DNA of 64,000 nucleotides from Pseudomonadota bacterium (GTDB taxonomy: Bacteria; Pseudomonadota; Gammaproteobacteria; Xanthomonadales; SZUA-38), in NCBI GenBank assembly GCA_039033415.1, contig JBCCCR010000007.1:61262-125261 (forward strand). Direction: 5' to 3'. The notes below the pieces were generated by a model. That model saw nothing but the letters and a program-made list of their open reading frames with translations. It had not been told where the DNA came from and searched no databases. A program made the translations under genes and the position numbers. This document shows, one piece after another, positions 36,583 to 44,198 of this stretch; positions within the stretch are counted from its first letter, which is position 1; each line of letters starts with the position of its first letter.

Positions 36583-37902
36583 ATGCGGTCAATGCCTTAC
36601 AATGCCGGCATGAAACGCTCCGTCTCCCGTTCGCTTCGCCATCAGCCTAAAGTCACCCTACTTTCGTGGGCCCTGCTCGCCACCTCGCTCCTGGGGACGA
36701 CCGCGCTGGCTCAAAGTGAGGCCACCGATCCTTTTGAGACGCAGGCGCAGTCGCTGCACCAGCAGATGCTGTCGATCGACGCTCATGTCGACATTCCCCC
36801 CAACTTCGCCACCGAGAAGGCGGACCCCGGCAAAGAAACCCGAGGCCAGGTCGACCTGCCCAAGATGGACCGGGGCGGCTTGAGCGGCGCGGTGTTTGCG
36901 GTTTTTGTCTCGCAGGACGTCAGAAACGCCGAGAACTACCAGCGGGCAAAACAGGACGCACAAACAAAACTGGACGCCATCTGGCGCATGGCCGAGCAGT
37001 ACCCGGACCGCGTCGGCGTTGCCACCTCGCCCGAAAAGCTCAAAGAGCTACATGACAGCGGACGTCACTTTGCCGTTGTCGGGATGCTCAACGGATTTCC
37101 GCTGGGGCCGGAGGCCGAGGAGCTGGACGCCTACTTTGAGCGAGGCCTGCGCCAGCTCGCCTTCAACCACGCCGGGCACAACGCGCTGGCGGACTCCTCG
37201 AGACCTCGTGATCGGTACGGTGACGCGCCCGCCGAGCACGGCGGGCTGTCCGACCTGGGCAAGTCGGTAGTCCGGCGCATGAACCAGCTGGGAATCATCG
37301 TGGATGTATCCCAGCTAACGCCGGCGGGCGTGCAGCAGGCGGTCGCCGTCTCCGAAACGCCGGTCATCGCTTCACACTCCGCCGTTGCCTCGCTGCTCGA
37401 ACACCCCCGAAACCTCTCTGACGCGGACATGAAGCTGATCGCTGATAAGGGCGGCGTGGTGTGCATCGTCGCCTTTGGTGGTTATCTGATCGACGTCGGG
37501 ATGGACTTCAATGCCGAAATGGAAAAGGTCCAGGCGCGTTTTGGCGTCGCCGAAGAAAGTGAGGTGGCCGCGTTGCCAGAAGCGCAGAAAAAGGCCTACC
37601 AGGGCGAGATTCTGTCCCTCCTTCGACGCTTGCCGAAGGCCAGCGTCGCGCAGTACGTCGACGCCATCGACTACGCCGTCAAGCTCGTGGGCGTCGATCA
37701 CGTGGGCATCGGCACGGACTTCAATCACGGTGGCGGGCTCAAGGAGTTTAAGAACGCCGGTGACTCTTACCAAGTGACCGCGGAGCTTCTGCGGCGCGGC
37801 TACACGGAAGACGACATTAGAAAGATCTGGGGCGGCAACTGGCTGCGGGTCTTTAGCGAGGTAACGCACCACGCGCGCGGCGGCGTCAAAGACTCAGGCT
37901 GA
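36583..37902 (+). CDS. Membrane/periplasmic dipeptidase, peptidase M19 family
   Basis: Signal peptide, then IDAHVDIP, an HAGHNALAD-type region, DVSQL, ASHSA and GIGTDFNHGGG motifs of the renal dipeptidase family. Confidence 0.85.
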   Translation: MRSMPYNAGMKRSVSRSLRHQPKVTLLSWALLATSLLGTTALAQSEATDPFETQAQSLHQQMLSIDAHVDIPPNFATEKADPGKETRGQVDLPKMDRGGLSGAVFAVFVSQDVRNAENYQRAKQDAQTKLDAIWRMAEQYPDRVGVATSPEKLKELHDSGRHFAVVGMLNGFPLGPEAEELDAYFERGLRQLAFNHAGHNALADSSRPRDRYGDAPAEHGGLSDLGKSVVRRMNQLGIIVDVSQLTPAGVQQAVAVSETPVIASHSAVASLLEHPRNLSDADMKLIADKGGVVCIVAFGGYLIDVGMDFNAEMEKVQARFGVAEESEVAALPEAQKKAYQGEILSLLRRLPKASVAQYVDAIDYAVKLVGVDHVGIGTDFNHGGGLKEFKNAGDSYQVTAELLRRGYTEDDIRKIWGGNWLRVFSEVTHHARGGVKDSG

Positions 37903-37903
37903 T

Positions 37904-38551
37904 TCAGGTTTCCTGCGGCAAACTGGTCAGCAGATCGCGAAAATCCCGGGCCCATCGACCGACCTGAATCTTGGCGTCACCCAGGCGTGTGAAGCCCGCG
38001 CGCAGGACCCGACTTCCCGAACCCCAGCGAACCACCGCCAGCAGTTCCGCACCCGTTTGCGAGTCGCTAACCTCCATCTCGATGGCAACACCGCCAAGAC
38101 CCGCACCGGTCGCTTTGGTAAGCAGCGAGACGTTCAGCACGCCGTCGGTTGCATCGAGGTCGGTAACCACAAACCGGACTCGGGCTATTTCCGGCCCGGC
38201 TTCCTCGACCACTTCATAGCCAGGCTCGTCGACCAGCCGGGCCGAAAACTGTTCGACGGTATAGTCTTTGAGCGACTCGAGCTCTTCTGCAGTGAATTCA
38301 TCGTCGTTCTCACCGGGCTGATACAGCACGATCGGTCTTTCGACGATGAATCGGCGATAGTCGGCCAGAGCGGGATTTAGCGACCGAAGGTGATTTTCCG
38401 CAATCCGCTCCAGGGAACCGTAGTCTCGAAGAAAGCCGCTGGGCTCAGGCTCCCGGATTGGGGCGGCGCAGCCCGCGAGAGCAGCGAGCAGCGCGATCAG
38501 CAGACCGGCCGTGGCGGCACGATAGGGATCTTGAGCCACCCGACGGCTCAC
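37904..38551 (-). CDS. Lipoprotein of unknown function (possibly DUF3313 family)
   Basis: Lipobox LAALAGC at the N-terminus, 215 aa. The family call is from memory of size and pattern only. Confidence 0.55.
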   Translation of the reverse strand: MSRRVAQDPYRAATAGLLIALLAALAGCAAPIREPEPSGFLRDYGSLERIAENHLRSLNPALADYRRFIVERPIVLYQPGENDDEFTAEELESLKDYTVEQFSARLVDEPGYEVVEEAGPEIARVRFVVTDLDATDGVLNVSLLTKATGAGLGGVAIEMEVSDSQTGAELLAVVRWGSGSRVLRAGFTRLGDAKIQVGRWARDFRDLLTSLPQET

Positions 38552-38720
38552 TGGTTGGGAAATTCATGACTGGTCACACCACTATTTTTCAGCAGTATCC
38601 CGGACTTGATGGACCCAATAATGCTCAAACCGGGTGCAAAAAGTGCGCGTTTTACGTATCTGTTAATGAAACGTCGTTTTTTCGCCGACTGCGATCGAAC
38701 GACCGGGAGAGATTCGCGCC

Positions 38721-38749
38721 GGGACAGACTCCGGGGCGAGCGCTATAAT
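38721..38749 (+). promoter_or_regulatory. Candidate sigma70 promoter: -35 GGGACA, 17-bp spacer, -10 TATAAT
   Basis: Perfect TATAAT at 38744-38749, 27 nt upstream of the ATG at 38777. GAGGTG Shine-Dalgarno at about 38766. Confidence 0.4.
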
Positions 38750-38776
38750 TTGCTCAACGAACATGAGGTGTTCGCG

Positions 38777-39031
38777 ATGAAACTAGCAGCCATTGCTTTG
38801 CTGTTGACGGTTGTGCCAGGGGCTCTGGCTCAGTCTTCCGGCGGCGATTTTGAAATTACCCGCTCCGTCATCGGGGCTGGCGGAAGCAGCTCGGGGGGAG
38901 ACTTCACCCTCACCGGGACCATTGGCCAGCCGGTGGTCGCCACCTCACAGGGCGGTCAGTTTTCGCTGTCTGGCGGCTTCTGGACTCCGGGCCAGCGCCC
39001 CGACCTCCTGTTTAGCAACGGATTTGAGTAA
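38777..39031 (+). CDS. Small secreted Gly-rich repeat protein (84 aa) ending in LLFSNGFE
   Basis: Signal peptide MKLAAIALLLTVVPGALA-QS. Three copies of GG[DQ]Fx[IL][TS] (GGDFEIT, GGDFTLT, GGQFSLS), then GGFW. Promoter and SD lie upstream. Confidence 0.6.
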   Translation: MKLAAIALLLTVVPGALAQSSGGDFEITRSVIGAGGSSSGGDFTLTGTIGQPVVATSQGGQFSLSGGFWTPGQRPDLLFSNGFE

Positions 39032-39041
39032 AAGCTGCGCG

Positions 39042-40871
39042 GTGCTGCCGTTGTCCGGGCCACTTCGCCCGACAACCCTGACATCGCGGACTCCCAAGCT
39101 GCTGGCGTTTTTGCTGCTCATTTTTCTGAGCCTAAACGCTCATGCGCAGCCCAACTCGGCTGACCCGGGCTCGGAAGCGCTGCCCAGCGACGTTGATTTC
39201 CGCTGGGGACTGCAGCTTCCGATGCGCGATGGGGTAAAGCTTGGCGCCACCCACTATCGACCGGCCGGTTCCGCGCTGGAGCCGCTGCCGACCATCGTCA
39301 CGATCACCCCCTATATCAGCGATCGCTATCACCCGGACGCGCTTTACTTTGCCCGGCACGGCTTCAACTTCCTGGTGGTCGATACCCGGGGCCGGGGCAA
39401 CAGTGAGGGCGAGTTCAAGCCGCTGGGGCTTGAGGACGGGCTGGACGGGCACGACGTGGTCCAGTGGATCGCCCAGCAGCCCTGGTCGGATGGCAAGGTG
39501 ATGATGCGAGGCGGGTCCTACGGCGGCTACAACCAGTGGGCGACGGCACGCTATTTCCCGTCGAAGCTGACGACGATTGTCCCCATCGCGTCTCCCTATC
39601 ACGGGGTCGACTTCCCGATGAACGACAACGTCCCCTACCCCTACTCCATTCGCTGGCTGACCTTAACGGCAGGGGTCACGCCACAGGGCCGCATCTTTGG
39701 CGACAACGCGTTCTGGAACCGAAAATTCCGCGCCTATCACGAGGCCGGCATCGCGTTTGCTGAGCTCGACGACTTTGTCGGCCACCCCAATCCAAACTTC
39801 GATGAGTGGGTCGCCCACCCTCACAGCGACGACTACTGGGCGGCGAGGGTTCCCGATGCCGATGCGTTTAGCCGCTTCGACCTGCCGATCCTGACGATCA
39901 CCGGCTATTACGACGGCGATCAGCCGGGCGCCATGGAGTACTACCGCGAGCACATGAAGCACGGCAGCCCGTCGGGCAAGGCACAACACTTCCTGCTGCT
40001 GGGACCCTGGGATCACAGCGGGACGCGGATTCCGCGGCAAACGTTCGGCGGGCTGACCTTTGGCGACTCGATGATGTTTAACGCTTTTGGCCTGGATCGA
40101 GACTGGTACAACTGGACGCTGGGCAAAGGCGACCGGCCCGCATTCATCAAAGACCGGGTGACGTGGTTTGTCGCTGGGGCTGATCGGTGGAAATCGGCGG
40201 CCAGCCTCGACGCGGTGAGCAACGACGAACAGGTGCTCTACCTCACCTCGGTCGGCGCCACCGCGGACACCCTGTTTGAATCCGGGCAGCTGGCGAGTGA
40301 GCCGGCAAAGGCTGTTGATAGCGATCAGTACCGCTACGACCCGCTGGACACCCGAAAAGCGCAGCTTGATCCGCCCGACGCTTACATCACCGACCAGACC
40401 GAGGTGGTTCAGACGCAGGGAAACGGGCTCATCTATCACAGCGAACCGTTTTCGGCGCCGACGGAAATCAGCGGCTATGTCGAGCTGGAGCTATGGCTGG
40501 AGCTGGACGTGCCTGACACCGACATCAACGCGACGCTCTACGAGATCACGCGAGACGGACAGAGCATTGCGCTGGCGGGTCAAACGCTGCGAACCCGCTA
40601 CCGGCACTCGAGAAGTGAACCCGTTTTGATGACGCCCGGCCGGGTGGAGAAGCTGAGCTTCAATCGGTTCTACTGGTTCTCTCGTCAGGTGGCGGAAGGG
40701 AGCCGGCTCAGGCTGTTCCTTCGCCCGGCCAACGGCGTTGCGCAGATGCGTCACTACAACGGGGCAGGCCCGGTGGCCAGCCAAACCGCGGAAGACGCCC
40801 AGACGGCTAGAATCCGAGTTCACATCGGGCCTGACACGCCCAGCCGACTTACGCTTCCCCTGGTTCGTTAA
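39042..40871 (+). CDS. CocE/NonD-family hydrolase (X-Pro dipeptidyl-peptidase S15 family)
   Basis: MRDGVKLGATHYRP, VDTRGRGNSEG, nucleophile GGSYGG, and a C-terminal beta-sandwich region. Signal-like LLAFLLLIFLSLNAHA-QP. There is no in-frame ATG after the upstream gene, so I propose the GTG at 39042; the start is uncertain. Confidence 0.8.
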   Translation: MLPLSGPLRPTTLTSRTPKLLAFLLLIFLSLNAHAQPNSADPGSEALPSDVDFRWGLQLPMRDGVKLGATHYRPAGSALEPLPTIVTITPYISDRYHPDALYFARHGFNFLVVDTRGRGNSEGEFKPLGLEDGLDGHDVVQWIAQQPWSDGKVMMRGGSYGGYNQWATARYFPSKLTTIVPIASPYHGVDFPMNDNVPYPYSIRWLTLTAGVTPQGRIFGDNAFWNRKFRAYHEAGIAFAELDDFVGHPNPNFDEWVAHPHSDDYWAARVPDADAFSRFDLPILTITGYYDGDQPGAMEYYREHMKHGSPSGKAQHFLLLGPWDHSGTRIPRQTFGGLTFGDSMMFNAFGLDRDWYNWTLGKGDRPAFIKDRVTWFVAGADRWKSAASLDAVSNDEQVLYLTSVGATADTLFESGQLASEPAKAVDSDQYRYDPLDTRKAQLDPPDAYITDQTEVVQTQGNGLIYHSEPFSAPTEISGYVELELWLELDVPDTDINATLYEITRDGQSIALAGQTLRTRYRHSRSEPVLMTPGRVEKLSFNRFYWFSRQVAEGSRLRLFLRPANGVAQMRHYNGAGPVASQTAEDAQTARIRVHIGPDTPSRLTLPLVR

Positions 40872-40966
40872 CCGCTCGCAGGAAGGGAGCGGAGGGCTGC
40901 TGCAAGCGTCTGACGCTTGGCCTATACTCTGCTCCCCGACCGCAACTGCCCCTCTCTGGAGACTTC

Positions 40967-42715
40967 ATGGCGTCTCGTATTTCTGTGGAAAAACCGCTGG
41001 TTGTGCTGCACGGCGACGAAATGGCGCAGGTCGCTTTCGAGCTGATCCTGGACCGTTTTGTGGCGCAGCGCCTGGACCTTAAGCTGGTGGAAATCGACCT
41101 GACGGCGGAGAACCGGCTGCTGACCAACGGCCAGGCGGTCCGGGACGCTATCGAGGCGCTAAAGACTCACGGCGTGGGGATTAAGAATGCGGGAATGACG
41201 GTCAACCGCCAGCAGCTCGATGAGCTGCTGGAAAAACACCCCGCCATCAAAGAAAGTGAACTCGACCGTCTCGCCACCAAATCGCCCAATGGTGCAATCC
41301 GAAAAGGCATCGGCGGCAACATCACGCGAGAAGATATCCAGTTTACCAACCTCAAAATTCGTCGGCCCGGCTGGCAGGATCGCGACATCACCGTGTCGAC
41401 CATGGATACCGGCGGCATCAAACACAGCGCCAACGCGCTGTCGACCGCCTCCGGCGTCGCGAAGCTCGTCTTTGTCGGCAGCAGCGGCGACCCCGAAGAG
41501 CTGCATCGCCGCTTCATCAACAAAGGTGATCCCTGGCTGCTGGCTACCAATGAGATGGAAGCGGTTGAAACCTGGGCGCACGAGTTCTTCCAGCTCGCGA
41601 TCGAGGAAAAACGCGATACCTATCTCGGCCTGAAAGATACCGTCATTCCGGGCTACGACGGGGTGATGCGAGAAGCCATTGAGGACATTTTCAAAGAACA
41701 TTACGAAGCCAAGTTCAAGGAGCTTGGCCTCAGCTATCACTACGAGCTGATCGACGCGCAGGCCGCTCGGCTTGTGGCCAATCCACCGGAACGCGGTCTC
41801 TGGGGCGTGCCGGACAACACCTCGGGGCGCAAGCTCTACAAGCTGGTGAAACAGCTGAAAAAATTTGGCATCTCCGATCGGGAGGCCCACGTGTCCATCT
41901 CCCGCATGAGCGCGGGCGGCGGTGATCAGTACGGCAGCTACAACGCTCCGGCTCCAGAAGACGGCATCGTCAAGGTCATTGTGGACGGCGACGAAAAACA
42001 TGCTCGCCACGTGCGTCAGGGTGACCCGATGCTGTTCATGTCCAATGACCGGCAGGCAATTAAAGACTGGGTGAGCCAGGTGTTCCGCGACGCCTCACAC
42101 AAGGACAAAGAGGTCTACTTCGGTCTCAAACGCGAGTACATGGCCTACGACGACGTCTTCAGCACGATCATTACCGACGTGCGGCGGGAGCTCGCCAAGC
42201 AGGATACGCCCCCGCCTTCGTTCATGATTATGCGGCCATCGCGCCAGCTCGTAAAAATGGTGACCGACCCGCCGCGCAACGCCCTGTATCCGGCTCAGAA
42301 CCTCGACGGCGATATCTTCTCCGATATCTCGGCCGCCCTTGGCGGCAGCCTGGCAACGGCCAGCTCGGTGATCGAAAGCACCGACGGAACCATGCTGTTT
42401 GAAGCGCCCCACGGCACCGCTCACGATCTGTACCTCAAGTATCTGGAGACCAACGGCGAGGTGGCGCTGTTCAACTCCTCAGCGCTGCTTTACGCGCTGG
42501 CCAACGCGCTAGAAGCGCTGGCGACCCGCGAGGAAAATCAGGCCCTGTTGGCTTACTCGGTCAACCTCAAGAACGCGCTCATCGAAACCGTTGGCCGGGG
42601 CATCATCACGGGTGACCTCAAAGGCAAAACGATTGACCCGGACGGCGAGCAGATTGTCGACATGCAAGGATTCCTTGACGCCGTGGCGTCGGTGCTGGAC
42701 GAGTCAGACAGCTGA
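40967..42715 (+). CDS. Isocitrate dehydrogenase-like protein (eukaryote-type/type II IDH family) with internal duplication
   Basis: N-terminus VVLHGDEMAQVAFELI, then KSPNGAIRK, ISRMSAGGGDQY, NLDGDIFSD and EAPHGTAHD match IDH1/2-type motifs. At 582 aa it is about 170 aa longer than typical members. Confidence 0.8.
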   Translation: MASRISVEKPLVVLHGDEMAQVAFELILDRFVAQRLDLKLVEIDLTAENRLLTNGQAVRDAIEALKTHGVGIKNAGMTVNRQQLDELLEKHPAIKESELDRLATKSPNGAIRKGIGGNITREDIQFTNLKIRRPGWQDRDITVSTMDTGGIKHSANALSTASGVAKLVFVGSSGDPEELHRRFINKGDPWLLATNEMEAVETWAHEFFQLAIEEKRDTYLGLKDTVIPGYDGVMREAIEDIFKEHYEAKFKELGLSYHYELIDAQAARLVANPPERGLWGVPDNTSGRKLYKLVKQLKKFGISDREAHVSISRMSAGGGDQYGSYNAPAPEDGIVKVIVDGDEKHARHVRQGDPMLFMSNDRQAIKDWVSQVFRDASHKDKEVYFGLKREYMAYDDVFSTIITDVRRELAKQDTPPPSFMIMRPSRQLVKMVTDPPRNALYPAQNLDGDIFSDISAALGGSLATASSVIESTDGTMLFEAPHGTAHDLYLKYLETNGEVALFNSSALLYALANALEALATREENQALLAYSVNLKNALIETVGRGIITGDLKGKTIDPDGEQIVDMQGFLDAVASVLDESDS

Positions 42716-42722
42716 TCGATTG

Positions 42723-42743
42723 GGCGGCGAGCCCATCGCCGCC
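42723..42743. terminator. Hairpin between convergent genes (8-bp stem GGCGGCGA/TCGCCGCC, 5-nt loop)
   Basis: Read directly from the sequence. It has no U-tract on either side. Confidence 0.3.
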
Positions 42744-42746
42744 ACG

Positions 42747-44156
42747 TCAACCGGTGCGCGACAGGGGTGGTGTAGCACCCGCTAACGATTCAGGGCCGCA
42801 GACCCGATTGCGACCTGCCGCTTTAGCCTGATACAGAAGCTGGTCGGCGCGCTCAAACAACGCCAGAGCACTCTCGCTTCCGCTGAGCTCAGCACAGCCG
42901 CAGGAAATTGTCACGGCAACCTTTTCGCCTTGAAACCGGAAATTAGCCGCCTCGATGGCGGCCCGAATTTTCTCGGCGGCCTGCCTCGCGTGCGCGCCCG
43001 TGCTCCCCGGGAGGACAACCACAAACTCTTCGCCACCATAGCGTGCCACCAGGTCGTCCCGACGAACGCTGTTCGCCAGGACCCGCGCCACCGACTCGAG
43101 AACTTTGTCACCAGCCTGGTGGCCGAGCGTGTCGTTAAGCTTCTTAAAGTGGTCGATGTCGCAGACCACCAGCCCGAGGGGTGTATTGGCATCCCGGCTC
43201 TCGCCGATCAGCTCTTCCACCCGAGCATCGTATGCCCTGCGGTTCAGCAGGCCGGTCAGTGCATCAACGGTGGCTGCCTGCCGGGCATCCGCCAGCTCTG
43301 ACTTCAGCTCGCCCGCCGAGGACTCCAGCTCGCCCACCCGGCGCCGCAACGCGTTGAGTTCCTCATCCTGCGCAACGTGACGCTCTCGCTCGTGGTCGAT
43401 AAAACCCTGGAGGCGGCTATGAATCGCCTCGGTACGTAGCTCAACCAGTTCCCGTAAGTCGGGTAGATCGGTGGCTTGTGCCACGTCGCTGCTGAGCAGA
43501 CCCAGGTGGCTGTTCACCGACTCGGCCATGGCTTCACCACGCTTGAGGTTTTCGGCGAACTGATCCTGGGTGCCCGCCAGCGACCGATCGATTTCCTTGA
43601 GCCGTGAGGTCAAGCGATGCAGAAACCCCTTGAGCTCGCGAACCTCACGCGACTGACGGGCGGCCGCTTCGGTGATGAGCTCAGCGATCTGCCGGACGGT
43701 GGCGGGCCAGCGGTTGTCAGGTACCGACTGCATCAGGGCAGCGCGGGTCGCCTCAAGCGCCTGCGGATCAAGAATCTCGCGGTCTACGACATCGAGCATG
43801 GCCAGAAAACGCGATTCGGGCGACGGCCGAGCCGACGGAACCGAGCCGCTCGCCTGAAGTGCCCCGTCGAGCTGCGACGCGGTGCGGTCCAGGGCGGATA
43901 CGCTGCTGGAGATGTCGTCGAGCAGCGCTTCGACCGATGCCGAAACCGGCGACGAGCGCACGCCGGCCAGCAGCTGGTCAAGCTGCCGATCGAGCTGCGG
44001 ATCGAGACCGGTGGCCGGGGCCGCCAGGCGGCTTGCCGTCAGCCGCAGCAGGACCGCCATTCGCTGGAGCTCCTGCTCGTCGCGCTCAGCGTCAGCCAGC
44101 GCAGCAAAATATTTCTGTTTCCAGTCTTCGGCCATCGGGTTCATCCGGCACATCAC
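42747..44156 (-). CDS. Diguanylate cyclase (GGDEF) with long N-terminal coiled-coil region
   Basis: ALTGLLNRRAYD and an RYGGEEF active site, with the RxxD I-site (RRDD) at canonical spacing. The N-terminal ~290 aa is heptad-like and Leu/Glu/Arg-rich. The start codon is uncertain. Confidence 0.85.
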   Translation of the reverse strand: MMCRMNPMAEDWKQKYFAALADAERDEQELQRMAVLLRLTASRLAAPATGLDPQLDRQLDQLLAGVRSSPVSASVEALLDDISSSVSALDRTASQLDGALQASGSVPSARPSPESRFLAMLDVVDREILDPQALEATRAALMQSVPDNRWPATVRQIAELITEAAARQSREVRELKGFLHRLTSRLKEIDRSLAGTQDQFAENLKRGEAMAESVNSHLGLLSSDVAQATDLPDLRELVELRTEAIHSRLQGFIDHERERHVAQDEELNALRRRVGELESSAGELKSELADARQAATVDALTGLLNRRAYDARVEELIGESRDANTPLGLVVCDIDHFKKLNDTLGHQAGDKVLESVARVLANSVRRDDLVARYGGEEFVVVLPGSTGAHARQAAEKIRAAIEAANFRFQGEKVAVTISCGCAELSGSESALALFERADQLLYQAKAAGRNRVCGPESLAGATPPLSRTG

Positions 44157-44198
44157 GCCTAATATCGGCCAAACGCAGAAAACCTGTGGCCTGGGGGG

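Noticed and set aside
38811-39041. N-terminal 77 codons of the 686-aa track ORF, overlapping the small secreted-protein gene
   Set aside because: This stretch is an out-of-frame read-through of the upstream small gene. The peptidase's own signal peptide begins after 39042, so the long form is not credible.
40967-42715. Possibility that the 582-aa IDH-like protein is a monomeric-type IDH
   Set aside because: Monomeric IDHs are about 740 aa and unrelated in sequence. The N- and C-terminal motifs here are of the dimeric eukaryote-like type, and the extra length is explained by an internal duplication.
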